Assembly (NCBI RefSeq): GCF_021246445.1
Contig: NZ_JAJQXW010000002.1
Location: forward strand, 310,001-374,000
Direction of reading: 5' to 3'
DNA length: 64,000 bases
From: Rhabdothermincola salaria
Lineage (GTDB): Bacteria; Actinomycetota; Acidimicrobiia; Acidimicrobiales; Acidimicrobilacustridaceae
The notes below the pieces were generated by a model. It was not told the origin of the DNA. It searched no databases and saw nothing but the letters and a program-made list of their open reading frames with translations. This document shows, in pieces, positions 27,398 to 36,896 of the stretch (positions are counted from its first letter, which is position 1; every line of letters begins with the position of its first letter). The translations under genes and the position numbers were made by a program.

Positions 27398-28647
27398 GGT
27401 CGGTCCTTTCGGTGGGGCGACGCCGCCGGGCCGGCCAGGCCCCGCCAGTCGTCGAGGAGGTCGAAGATGCGCTGGTTGCGCAGGCGTGGCGCGCCGATCT
27501 CGCAGTCGAGACCAGCGCCCTCGGCGGTGGAGAACGGCACGCGCACCGCCCGATCGCCGAGCCGGGTCGCCAGCTCGGCGGACTGCCCGGGGAAGCTCAT
27601 GGCGTCGTCGGGATCACAGATCAGGACCGGCCCTCGCAGGTCGTCGACCAGCAGCTCGAGGTCCCAACCGGCCAGACGATCGAGCACCTGCCCCGGACCG
27701 TGGGCCGGCCACTGCTCGACCACCTTGGCGACCGCGAACCGGGTGTCGGGATCGTCGGATGTCGCGTCGACGGCCGCGTCGAGCGCGGTCGCCCCACCAT
27801 CGGACCAGGCCCGCTGGAGCGGTTCGGGCAGCGCCCCCAGCACGCCGTCGAGCGGTCGCAGCACGCCGGGATCGGCGACCACCGCGGCCACCCTGGGGTC
27901 ACGGGCGGCGTGGCGGGCGGCGAGGTAGCCGCCGTCGGCGATCCCGGCGACGACCACGGCGCCGGGATCGACGTCGCGGTCGAGGACGGCGTCGAGGACC
28001 GCCGAGCCCACGCGTTCCCACTGGTCGACGGGGGCGAGGCCGTCGTCGACCACGGCCGCCCCCTGACCGGGTCCGTCGAAGGCGACGGCCTCCCACCCGC
28101 GCTCCACGGCATCGAGGACCCCGGTCATCACCACGTCGGACAGCGGCGAGGCGAGCCCGTTGTGCACGACCATGAGCGGCCGGCCCGAGCCGGTGGGGGG
28201 AGCAGGAGCGTCGCTCGAGGCCCGGAACCGCCAGGCCCGCAGGGCCCGACCCTCCCAGGGGACCTCCACCCGCTCGACCGGCGTGGCCCAGTGGTCGAAG
28301 GCCGCCTCGACGCAGGACCGATGGGCGCGCCACGCGGCGCGATGGCGGTCGGGACGGGCCGACGCCAGGACGTAGTAGAAGCCGGCGAAGCGATAGTTGG
28401 CCGCCCGCAGGTAGGCCTGCGCGGCGCTCTGGCGATGGCCGGCGGCGGACGCCTCGGCCGCGATGGCCTCGCACCGCTCGCCGAGCCCGGTCCACGCGGT
28501 GAACCAGGAATCGGGGTCACCGGGCACCACGGCCGCCGCCGTCGCCAGAACCTCGCCGGGCTCGGCCATGCCGTAGCCGATCCCCGTGAGGAGGCAGCGC
28601 ACGGCGAAGTCCATGCCGTCGTCGTCGGAGAACCGGATCGTGGCCAC
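27394..28647 (-). CDS. Alpha/beta hydrolase-fold protein (2,6-dihydroxypseudooxynicotine hydrolase/FrsA-like) with degenerate catalytic motifs
   Basis: YLRAANY, FDGPGQG, ADPGV and FPGQS are present, but GIADGG replaces GxSxG and GAGLDCE replaces GAxxHCE. Confidence 0.8.
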   Translation of the reverse strand: MATIRFSDDDGMDFAVRCLLTGIGYGMAEPGEVLATAAAVVPGDPDSWFTAWTGLGERCEAIAAEASAAGHRQSAAQAYLRAANYRFAGFYYVLASARPDRHRAAWRAHRSCVEAAFDHWATPVERVEVPWEGRALRAWRFRASSDAPAPPTGSGRPLMVVHNGLASPLSDVVMTGVLDAVERGWEAVAFDGPGQGAAVVDDGLAPVDQWERVGSAVLDAVLDRDVDPGAVVVAGIADGGYLAARHAARDPRVAAVVADPGVLRPLDGVLGALPEPLQRAWSDGGATALDAAVDATSDDPDTRFAVAKVVEQWPAHGPGQVLDRLAGWDLELLVDDLRGPVLICDPDDAMSFPGQSAELATRLGDRAVRVPFSTAEGAGLDCEIGAPRLRNQRIFDLLDDWRGLAGPAASPHRKDRP

Positions 28648-28831
28648 GACCGCCGATCGTAGGTGTCGGGGGCGGACGCCGGGCCCGGCATGAGCGGCGG
28701 GGCAGCTCCTCCGGGGCCCCGGGCCGCCTCGGAGCCGGCCGGGGGGAGCGCACTACCGTGGCGGCATCACGTCGAACCGCTTCTCACCCCGTCCCCTCGA
28801 CCCTCCCGTCGACCCGGCGCTCGAGGCAACG

Positions 28832-29902
28832 GTGCTCGAGATCCTGAGCGAGCCGCCTCGGGACCCTCGGGACCCGTCGCTGTTCTCCTCCAACACGCTG
28901 TTCGGCGAACCAGGCATCTATCCGCAGGGCCCCCCGATGGCGCCCGCGCCGAAGCAGGCCCCGACCGAGGCCCACGCCCGAGAGGCGCTCGAGCGGGTCG
29001 TCGAGGAGCAGCTCCGAGGCCATGGGTCGGTGCCCGGCGCGGCCGGTGCCCTCGTCGATCGTCTCGAGGACCGCGACCTGGTCGGCCGCGTCCCCTCGCC
29101 CGGGCTGCGCGCCGCCGTGGTCCTGCTCGGCACGACCCTCGCGGGCAGCGTCCTCGACGCCTTCGCGGCCGGCCGGCAGGGACCGGCCCGCCTGACGGTG
29201 GAGCCCATGCCCGAGTCGGGTCGGATCATGGGTCCCCACCCCACCGGCGACCGCGCCACCCGAGCGCTCAACGACCGCTACGCCGGGGAGCACCCCGCGC
29301 TGGTGACCCCGTCGCTGGCCCACGACCTGCTCTGGAGCGGGCGCGGCACCTGCCAGGGCGAGGAGGTGGTGCTCCACGCCCTGCTGGCCATGGTCCACAT
29401 CCAGTTGATCGCCCGGTCGCCGTGGTTGGCCCACCTGGGCACCGAGCTCAGCCGGCGCCAGAACTCGCTGGCGGTGACCCTGCTCGACTCTCGCCGGCCC
29501 GGGTCGGCCAGCATCTCGGTCGTCGCCCCCGACGGACCGGGAACGATCCCCGGGGGCGCCCCGGGGATGCAGACCCCCGACTTCTGGAGCATCCCCTTCG
29601 TCGCTGGCCCACCCGAGGTGATCGACGCCCCGTCCGCCCTCGAGGGGGTGCTCGACGAGGTGACCGACGGCCAGCTGGCGCCGGCCCGTCCTCGGCGCTA
29701 CGACACCGACCTCGCAGAGGCGCTCTCGGTCCACCTCGGCCGGAGCTGGCTCTCGGCTCGCGAGCAGCTGAGGGCGAGCCTGGCGTTGGGCCTGCTCGAC
29801 GTCGACGACGTCGCCCGTCGACTGCGCCGATCGGTGGAGGACGCGGTGCGAACGCTGGAGCTCGACGACGTCGTCGAGTGCTGGACCCCGACACATCCGT
29901 GA
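28832..29902 (+). CDS. Hypothetical protein (possible degenerate zincin-like motif)
   Basis: Codon usage looks coding and the stop overlaps the MFS start. Contains NDRYAGEH...LAHDLLW...EEV. The true start may be upstream (28766). Confidence 0.7.
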   Translation: MLEILSEPPRDPRDPSLFSSNTLFGEPGIYPQGPPMAPAPKQAPTEAHAREALERVVEEQLRGHGSVPGAAGALVDRLEDRDLVGRVPSPGLRAAVVLLGTTLAGSVLDAFAAGRQGPARLTVEPMPESGRIMGPHPTGDRATRALNDRYAGEHPALVTPSLAHDLLWSGRGTCQGEEVVLHALLAMVHIQLIARSPWLAHLGTELSRRQNSLAVTLLDSRRPGSASISVVAPDGPGTIPGGAPGMQTPDFWSIPFVAGPPEVIDAPSALEGVLDEVTDGQLAPARPRRYDTDLAEALSVHLGRSWLSAREQLRASLALGLLDVDDVARRLRRSVEDAVRTLELDDVVECWTPTHP

Positions 29903-31353
29903 GCGCGACGACGACCACGACGTCTGCGAGCCGCCGCAGCTGGTGGGTGCTGGCCGCCATGTGCGTGCCCCTGCTGACGCAGTCGCTCGACGTCAGCGGC
30001 ATCGGCCTGCTGTTGCCGAGCATCGGCACCGACCTCGATGCCAGCGCCACGGTGCTCGCCTGGGTGATGAACGCCAACGCCCTCGCCTTCGGGGCGATGC
30101 TGCTCACCTTCGGCACGCTGGCCGACCGGTTCGGCCCCCGCCGCCTGCTGCTCGCCGGCGTCGCCGGCTTCGGAGTGGCATCCCTCCTGTGCGGTGTGGC
30201 CACCGACAGCACCGTGCTCATCGCCGCCCGGGCGCTGCAGGGCCTGTCGTCGGCGGCGTGCTTCACCACGTCGCTGAGCGTGGTGATGGCGACCTTCGCC
30301 GAGGACCGGCGGCCCGCGGCCATCGGGATCTGGGGTGCGGTCAGCGGGGCCGGGAGCGCACTGGGGCCGCTGGTCGCAGGGGCGCTCACCACCGCCGTGG
30401 GGTGGCGGGCCTTCTTCTTCGTCAACGGCCCGATCTGCCTGCTCGCCCTGCCCGCCATCGCCGCCCTCGTCGGGTCCCGGGACCGCGAGCCCCGCACCTC
30501 GACCGCCCCCTTCCCCGCGGCCGGGCTGGCCGCGGTGGCCGTGGCGTTCGTCGGCATCAGCCTGGCCGCCAGCCGCGCCGGGGGCGGGTCGTGGCTCTCG
30601 GTCGCCACGCTGGTGCCCCTGGCCGCCGCCGGCGGCGCGGTCGCCTTCGTGGTCGCCCGAGGCCGCCGAGGGGCCCGGCCGGTCCTCGACCCCGCCGCCT
30701 TGGGAGCCCGGTGGTCCCGCAGCGCCTTGGCCGTCGCCTTCACCTCCACGTGGGGCTTCGGGGTCACGCTGGTGGTGGTCAGCGCCTACCTCCAACAGGT
30801 CCGCGGCCTCTCGGCCCTCGAGGCCGGCGTGACGTTCCTCGCCTTCAGCGGGGCGTTCGCCCTGGCCGGCACCGTGAACAGCCTCGCCGTGCGCCGACTC
30901 GGGGTGAGCACCACGCTCGTCGTGGCGATGCTGGGCTGCGCGGCCGGGTTCGCCCTGCTCACCACCATGGCCCCCGCCTCGGCCTTCCCCCTCGTGGTGG
31001 CGGGCCTGGTCGTCGGTGGCCTCGGACAGGGCCTGGCCTTCGCCGCGTCGACCACGGCGTCGCTGAGCGGCGTCCCCCAGGCGGCATCGGGGCAGGCCAC
31101 CGGCGCCACCCAGAGCACCCGCCTCCTCGGCAACGTGGTGGGCGTCGCCATCTCCACGGCCGTCCTCGTCGACCTCCAAGGCGGCGACGACACGCCCGCC
31201 GCCCTGGCCCGGGGTGACGGTGCAGCCATGGTCCTCGCGCTCGGCGTCTCGCTGGTGGGGGCCGCCCTCGTCCCCCTCGCGGTGCGCCGGCAGACTCCTT
31301 CCTCGGGCCCGACCGACGGCTCGGGCCTCGCTCCGGGGAGCATCGGGCCATGA
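29899..31353 (+). CDS. MFS transporter, DHA2/EmrB-like
   Basis: GTLADRFGPRR motif A, GPLVAG.L...GWR.FF.N.P, about 14 TM segments; GTGA/ATGA coupling on both sides. Confidence 0.9.
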   Translation: MSATTTTTSASRRSWWVLAAMCVPLLTQSLDVSGIGLLLPSIGTDLDASATVLAWVMNANALAFGAMLLTFGTLADRFGPRRLLLAGVAGFGVASLLCGVATDSTVLIAARALQGLSSAACFTTSLSVVMATFAEDRRPAAIGIWGAVSGAGSALGPLVAGALTTAVGWRAFFFVNGPICLLALPAIAALVGSRDREPRTSTAPFPAAGLAAVAVAFVGISLAASRAGGGSWLSVATLVPLAAAGGAVAFVVARGRRGARPVLDPAALGARWSRSALAVAFTSTWGFGVTLVVVSAYLQQVRGLSALEAGVTFLAFSGAFALAGTVNSLAVRRLGVSTTLVVAMLGCAAGFALLTTMAPASAFPLVVAGLVVGGLGQGLAFAASTTASLSGVPQAASGQATGATQSTRLLGNVVGVAISTAVLVDLQGGDDTPAALARGDGAAMVLALGVSLVGAALVPLAVRRQTPSSGPTDGSGLAPGSIGP

Positions 31354-32339
31354 GTACAGTCGGCCTCGTGATGCTCCCGCCTCCCGACGTGGCACGCGTG
31401 GCGATGGCGGCGGCCCTCGGGGCCTTCGAGCCGGTCGGCGGCCTCGACGAGCTCCAACAGGCGGTGTTCGACAACATCGCGGAACGGGTCTTCGGCCTCG
31501 ACCTCACCGAGCAGCCGCTCGCTCCGCTCCCTGCCGACGAGCTCCTCGCCCGGTCGCCCTCCGAGAGCCTCCGCCGCCAGATCGTGCACCTCACGGTGGT
31601 GCTCGAGCTGATCGAGCACCCGCTGTCCTCGGCGACCGCCCGCGCCGTCGAACACCACGCCCAGGCGCTCGACGTCGATCTGTCATTGCTGCGCGACGCG
31701 CGCGAGATGGCCGCGGGCCACGTCGCCCTCATGTACGCCGACCTCCAGCGCTCCAGCTGGTACACGGCCGAGACGATCCGCGAGTCGCTGCACGGGCGGC
31801 TCTGGGAGCTGATGCGCTCCAAGCTGGCCTACACCGGCATCGCACCCGACCGGACCATCGCCCGCAAGTGGGAGGCCCTGCGCGACCTGCCCGAGGGCAG
31901 CTGGGGTCGTGAGGTGGCCGCCTTCTACGAGCGCCACCACTTCCCCTTCCCTGGCGAGCGCCACGGCATCTACGAGATCGGCGCCCGGCACGACTTCGTG
32001 CACGTCCTCACCGGCTACGACGCCACCCCCGAGGGCGAGCTCGACGTCTTCGCCTTCATCGCCAGCTGCATGCCCGACGAACGGGGTCTGGTGCTGTTGG
32101 CGGTCACGCTCGGCATCTTCCAGAACGACGCCATCCACCGGGTGGCCGGCAAGAAGGTGACGATGGCCCGCACCGACACGCTGGCCCAGCCCGGGGCGGC
32201 CGCCCGTTGGGCCGAGGCCATGCAGCGCGGTGCGCGCTGCACCGTCGACGTCATGGGCGGCATCGACCACTTCGCGCTGGCGCCGCTCCCTCTCGACGAG
32301 GTGCGGCGCCGCTTCGGTGTGACCACGAACCCCGGCTGA
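31350..32339 (+). CDS. Coq4-like metal-binding protein
   Basis: LPEGSWGRE and HDFVH-x11-E (HDFVHVLTGYDATPEGE). Confidence 0.65.
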   Translation: MSTVGLVMLPPPDVARVAMAAALGAFEPVGGLDELQQAVFDNIAERVFGLDLTEQPLAPLPADELLARSPSESLRRQIVHLTVVLELIEHPLSSATARAVEHHAQALDVDLSLLRDAREMAAGHVALMYADLQRSSWYTAETIRESLHGRLWELMRSKLAYTGIAPDRTIARKWEALRDLPEGSWGREVAAFYERHHFPFPGERHGIYEIGARHDFVHVLTGYDATPEGELDVFAFIASCMPDERGLVLLAVTLGIFQNDAIHRVAGKKVTMARTDTLAQPGAAARWAEAMQRGARCTVDVMGGIDHFALAPLPLDEVRRRFGVTTNPG

Positions 32340-32413
32340 CCACCCAGCGCTTCGAGGACCCGTGCCGCGGGCCCGAAGCCGTGCTCGCCCGGTGGCCGTG
32401 GCATCATCGGGCG

Positions 32414-32791
32414 ATGGCGGCGACCTCCCCCCGAACCGTCTCGCGACGTGCGGTCCTGCGCGGCACGGCCACGGGCGCGGTGCTCCTCGCGGCCACGCCC
32501 GCCCTGCCGCTCCTCGCCGGCTGCGGCAGCCTCGGGTTCGGCACCGACACCGATCCCCTCCGCACCCTCGGCGCCTCGTTGCGCGACGGGCCCGAAGGGC
32601 CTCGCCTCGCCGCCTCGGGCCTGCCCGGCGTCGCCCGACCCATCACCGACGAGGCGACGCTGTTCGAGGTGCTCGACCTCGTCGACGACCGGGTGGACGC
32701 CGACTTCGCCGCCGGCCGCACGGTGCTCGGCGACGGTTGGCTCCTGGCCGACACCGAGGCCATCGCCCTCGTCGCCTACGCGAGGAGCTGA
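32414..32791 (+). CDS. Small Tat-signal lipoprotein
   Basis: SRRAVL twin-arginine motif, lipobox LLAG-C, C-terminal DFAAGRTVLGDGWLLADTEA. Confidence 0.75.
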   Translation: MAATSPRTVSRRAVLRGTATGAVLLAATPALPLLAGCGSLGFGTDTDPLRTLGASLRDGPEGPRLAASGLPGVARPITDEATLFEVLDLVDDRVDADFAAGRTVLGDGWLLADTEAIALVAYARS

Positions 32792-32796
32792 CCGAG

Positions 32797-34308
32797 GTGC
32801 TGCGCCACGCCGACGACATCGAAGAGGGCGCCGCCCTCACCGCCGACGTGTGCATCATCGGCTCCGGTCCGGCCGGGCTCACCGTGGCCGCCGAGCTGGT
32901 GGGCTCGGGGCTGTCGGTGCTCGTGCTCGAGTCCGGCGGCGAGCAGTGGGACCCCCGCACCCAGGCCCTGGCCGAGGGCCGCGTGTCCGGCGAGGGGTTC
33001 CGCTTCAACAGCACGGAGGTGACGCCGGACCTCGTACGCCTGCGCCAGTTCGGTGGTTCCAGCAACCACTGGACCGGCATGTGCCGTCCCTTCGACCCCC
33101 ACGACTTCGAGGTGAGGGCGGCTGTCGACGGCTCGGGCTGGCCGTTCGGCGCCGAGACCCTCGCCCCCCACTACGTCCGTGCCGCCGCCAGCTGCGACCT
33201 GGCGACCGACGTCTTCGACGCCGGCTGGTGGCGAGACCAGGCCGCGGCCACCCTCTTGGCCGACGGCCATCCGGTGCGCACCACCGTGTTCCAGTTCAGC
33301 CCGCCCACCCGCTTCGGCACCAAGCTCCGCCCGCTCCTGGACGCGGACGAGAGCACCCAGGTCGTCCTGTGGGCCAACGTCACCTCCATCGACACCGACC
33401 CCGGCGGCACGCGGGTCGACCGTCTCCAGGTGGCCACGCTCTCCGGGCGGCGATTCCAGGTCTCGGCCGGGCGCTACGTGCTGGCTGTCGGGGGGATCGA
33501 GGCCCCCCGTCTCCTGCTGGCCAGCACGGCCAGCGCGCCGAGCGGCGTCGGCAACAGCAACGACCTGGTGGGTCGTCACTTCATGGAGCACCCCCACCAC
33601 CCGTCCGGTCGCATCCTCTTCGCTCAGCCGAGGGAGGCCTGGGACTTCTACACGATCGGTCAGAGCACCCTGGCCGACGGCCGGACGGTCAGTCGTTGGG
33701 CCGGACTGGGCCTGTCGGCGCAGGCTCAGGCCGAGGCCGGCATCGCCAACGCCAGCGTGCAGCTCTACCCCGGCCTCGAGGGCGGCGATCTGCGCGGCGA
33801 CCGGGACCGGGAGACCATGGCGATGAGAGGGATCGGCCGCCTCCTCGCCCGGGGGTCGAGTGAACCCCCCCTCGGGGTGCTGTCGGTTCGTACCGAACAG
33901 GTGCCCGATCCCGACAACCGCGTCACCCTCGGTCGCCGGCTCGACGAGCTCGGCCTGCCCGAGCCGGTCATCGAATGGCACCTCAACCCCGAGGACCGCA
34001 CCACCCTGCGCGCCACCATCCGCCTGGTGGGCGAGCACCTCGCCGCCACCGGGGCCGCCCGCGTGGAGCTCGACCCGAGCGGCAGCCCGGTGGAGGACTG
34101 GCCGACCGAGATCGGGAACCACCACATGGGCACGACCCGCATGCACGTCGATCCGAACCGCGGGGTCGTGGACGAGAACTGCCGCATGCACGAGGTCGAG
34201 AACCTCTACGTCGCCGGCAGCGCGGTGTTCCCCACCTCCGGGATGGCGAACCCCACCCTCACCCTCGTCGCCCTCGCCCACCGCCTGGCCGACCACCTCC
34301 GCACCTGA
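32797..34308 (+). CDS. GMC family FAD oxidoreductase
   Basis: IIGSGPAG, GGSSNHW, HFMEHP, HHMGTTRM and FPTSGMANPT. Confidence 0.9.
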   Translation: MLRHADDIEEGAALTADVCIIGSGPAGLTVAAELVGSGLSVLVLESGGEQWDPRTQALAEGRVSGEGFRFNSTEVTPDLVRLRQFGGSSNHWTGMCRPFDPHDFEVRAAVDGSGWPFGAETLAPHYVRAAASCDLATDVFDAGWWRDQAAATLLADGHPVRTTVFQFSPPTRFGTKLRPLLDADESTQVVLWANVTSIDTDPGGTRVDRLQVATLSGRRFQVSAGRYVLAVGGIEAPRLLLASTASAPSGVGNSNDLVGRHFMEHPHHPSGRILFAQPREAWDFYTIGQSTLADGRTVSRWAGLGLSAQAQAEAGIANASVQLYPGLEGGDLRGDRDRETMAMRGIGRLLARGSSEPPLGVLSVRTEQVPDPDNRVTLGRRLDELGLPEPVIEWHLNPEDRTTLRATIRLVGEHLAATGAARVELDPSGSPVEDWPTEIGNHHMGTTRMHVDPNRGVVDENCRMHEVENLYVAGSAVFPTSGMANPTLTLVALAHRLADHLRT

Positions 34309-34376
34309 GTCGCCGACGCCCCCGACAGGAGGCCGGTGAGCCCCCGTGAGGCCACATCTCGTCCCGCGGAGGCCCT

Positions 34377-34390
34377 GGGACCCTGGTCAC
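34377..34390. promoter_or_regulatory. DosR/NarL-type box candidate upstream of ppsA
   Basis: GGGAC-CCTG-GTCAC, against the DosR-type consensus GGGAC-N4-GTCCC; lies 24 nt upstream of -10-like CAGGGT (34415-34420). Confidence 0.45.
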
Positions 34391-34454
34391 CGGGCGACGA
34401 CGGCGCTTCGATGGCAGGGTGGACGTACGGCGGCGCACGACGGAAGGACCCGAG

Positions 34455-36845
34455 ATGGCCGAGACACGACTGGTGGTCGATCTGGCCGAGGTGACCTCGG
34501 CCGACACCGCCCTGGTGGGCGGCAAGAACGCCTCGTTGGGGGAGATGATCACCAACCTCTCCGCCGAGGGCATCTCGGTCCCCGGGGGCTTCGCCACCAC
34601 CGCCGACGCCTACTGGTCGTTCCTCGACGGCAGTGACCTCCGACAGGTCGTCGTCGACCAGATCGACCGGCTCCACGGCGGCGCCGAACTGGCCGACGTG
34701 GGCCGCACCATCCGCGACGCGGTCCTCGCCGCCGAGCTGCCGGCCGCGGTCCGCGACGCCATCGCCGAGGCCTATGCCGAGCTCAGCCGGGACGCCGGCA
34801 CCGACGACGTCGACGTGGCCGTGCGCTCGAGCGCCACCGCCGAGGACCTCCCGGAGGCCAGCTTCGCCGGCCAGCAGGACTCCTTCCTCAACGTGCGCGG
34901 CCTCGACGCTCTGCTCGACGCGTGTCGACGCTGCTACGCGTCGCTCTTCAACGATCGGGCCATCAACTACCGCGAGGACCAGTCGTTCGATCACCGAAAG
35001 GTCGCCCTCTCGATCGGTGTGCAGCGGATGGTCCGCTCGGACCAGGCCGGCGCCGGGGTCATGTTCACGATCGACACCGAGACCGGCTTCGCCGACGTGG
35101 TGGTGATCAACGCCGCGTGGGGCCTCGGCGAAGCGGTGGTGAGCGGGCTGGTGAGCCCTGACGAGTACGTCGTGTTCAAGCCCTTCCTGGGCGACACCTC
35201 GTTGCGTCCGATCGTGCACGCCCGGGTGGGGGAGAAGGACCACAAGATCGTCTACCGGGCCGACGGCGCCACCGGCGACGATCCCACCACCACCGAGGAG
35301 ACCACCGACGCCGAACGGCGGGCCCGGGTCCTCACCGACGACGAGATCCTCACCCTCGCCCGTTGGGCCGTCCGGATCGAGGAGCACTACGGCGCGGCCA
35401 TGGACATCGAGTGGGCCAAGGACGGCCGGACGGGGGAGATCGCCATCGTCCAGGCCCGCCCCGAGACCGTCCAGGCCCGCCGACAAGCCTCGAACCTCCG
35501 GCGCTACCGGCTCACCGAGACCGGTGAGCGGCTGGTCACCGGCCTGGCCATCGGCGACGCCATCGCCTCGGGCCCGGTGTGCCGCCTCTCCAGCGCGGAC
35601 GACATCGACCGCTTCGTCGACGGGGCCGTGCTCGTCACCACCATCACCGACCCCGACTGGGAGCCGGTGATGAAGCGGGCCGCGGCCATCGTCACCGACC
35701 ACGGCGGCCGAACCTCCCACGCCGCCATCGTGAGCCGTGAGCTCGGCGTGGCCGCGGTGATCGGCACGGGCGATGCCACCTCCGTGCTCACCGACGGCCA
35801 GGAGGTCACCGTGTCGTGCGCCGAGGGCGACGAGGGCGTCGTGCTGGAGGGCCTCCTCGGCTTCGAGACCGAGGACATCGACCTCGACGAGGTCGCCGAC
35901 ACCCGCACCGCCGTCATGTTGAACCTGGCCGCGCCCGCCGGGGCCATGCGGTGGTGGCGCCTGCCGGCGGACGGCGTCGGCCTCACCCGCATGGAGTTCA
36001 TCGTGGCCAACGAGGTGAAGGTCCACCCCATGGCCCTCGTGCACTTCGACGACCTCGACGACGCCGACCGCGACACGGTGGCCGAGCTGACCCGCGGCTA
36101 CGAGGACGACCGCGGCGAGTACTTCGTCGAGCGCCTGGCCCACGGGGTGGGCCGCATCGCCGTGTCCCGCTGGCCCGATCCCGTCATCGTGCGCCTCAGC
36201 GACTTCAAGACCAACGAGTACGCCCGCCTCCTCGGGGGCAAGGGGTTCGAGCCCCACGAGGCCAACCCCATGATCGGCTGGCGGGGCGCCAGCCGCTACT
36301 ACAGCGACGGCTACCGAGAGGGCTTCGCGCTCGAGTGCCGGGGGCTGCGGCGGGTGCGTGACGAGATGGGCCTCACCAACGTCGTCGTGATGGTCCCGTT
36401 CTGCCGCACGCTGGGCGAGGCCGATCGGGTGCTCGAGGAGATGGCCGCCCACGGCCTCGAGCGGGGCGTCAACGGCCTCGAGGTGTTCGTGATGGCCGAG
36501 ATCCCCTCGAACATCGTGCTGGCGTCGGAGTTCGCCGACCGCTTCGACGGCTTCTCGATCGGCAGCAACGACCTGACCCAGCTCACCCTCGGCGTCGACC
36601 GCGACTCGTCCGTGCTCGCTCCGCTCTTCGACGAGACCGACCCGGCGGTCACCCGCAGCATCGAGGTGCTCATCGAACGGGCCCATGCCAAGGGCCGCAA
36701 AGTGGGGCTGTGCGGCCAGCGTCCGAGCGACGACCCGGAGTTCGCCGCCTTCCTCGTCCGCGCCGGCATCGACTCGATCTCGGTGACCCCCGACAGCTTC
36801 CTACGGGTGAAGCAGCACGTGCTCGACGCCGAGCACCAGGGCTGA
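34455..36845 (+). CDS. ppsA: Phosphoenolpyruvate synthase
   Basis: [44 protein letters not shown] and [10 protein letters not shown]. Confidence 0.96.
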   Translation: MAETRLVVDLAEVTSADTALVGGKNASLGEMITNLSAEGISVPGGFATTADAYWSFLDGSDLRQVVVDQIDRLHGGAELADVGRTIRDAVLAAELPAAVRDAIAEAYAELSRDAGTDDVDVAVRSSATAEDLPEASFAGQQDSFLNVRGLDALLDACRRCYASLFNDRAINYREDQSFDHRKVALSIGVQRMVRSDQAGAGVMFTIDTETGFADVVVINAAWGLGEAVVSGLVSPDEYVVFKPFLGDTSLRPIVHARVGEKDHKIVYRADGATGDDPTTTEETTDAERRARVLTDDEILTLARWAVRIEEHYGAAMDIEWAKDGRTGEIAIVQARPETVQARRQASNLRRYRLTETGERLVTGLAIGDAIASGPVCRLSSADDIDRFVDGAVLVTTITDPDWEPVMKRAAAIVTDHGGRTSHAAIVSRELGVAAVIGTGDATSVLTDGQEVTVSCAEGDEGVVLEGLLGFETEDIDLDEVADTRTAVMLNLAAPAGAMRWWRLPADGVGLTRMEFIVANEVKVHPMALVHFDDLDDADRDTVAELTRGYEDDRGEYFVERLAHGVGRIAVSRWPDPVIVRLSDFKTNEYARLLGGKGFEPHEANPMIGWRGASRYYSDGYREGFALECRGLRRVRDEMGLTNVVVMVPFCRTLGEADRVLEEMAAHGLERGVNGLEVFVMAEIPSNIVLASEFADRFDGFSIGSNDLTQLTLGVDRDSSVLAPLFDETDPAVTRSIEVLIERAHAKGRKVGLCGQRPSDDPEFAAFLVRAGIDSISVTPDSFLRVKQHVLDAEHQG

Positions 36846-36896
36846 CGAGCCGCGCCACGACCGGGACCGGCGGGTGCGCCGGGCCGCCGCGTCCGC

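Noticed and set aside
28663..31353. 896-aa 'fusion' MFS ORF, and similarly extended ORFs 46955-49684, 46023-48134, 32362-34308, 6038-7810 and 3762-5624
   Set aside because: The N-terminal parts are R/P/G-rich off-frame read-through of neighbouring genes; the true starts are marked by stop/start overlaps, SD sites or -10 elements.
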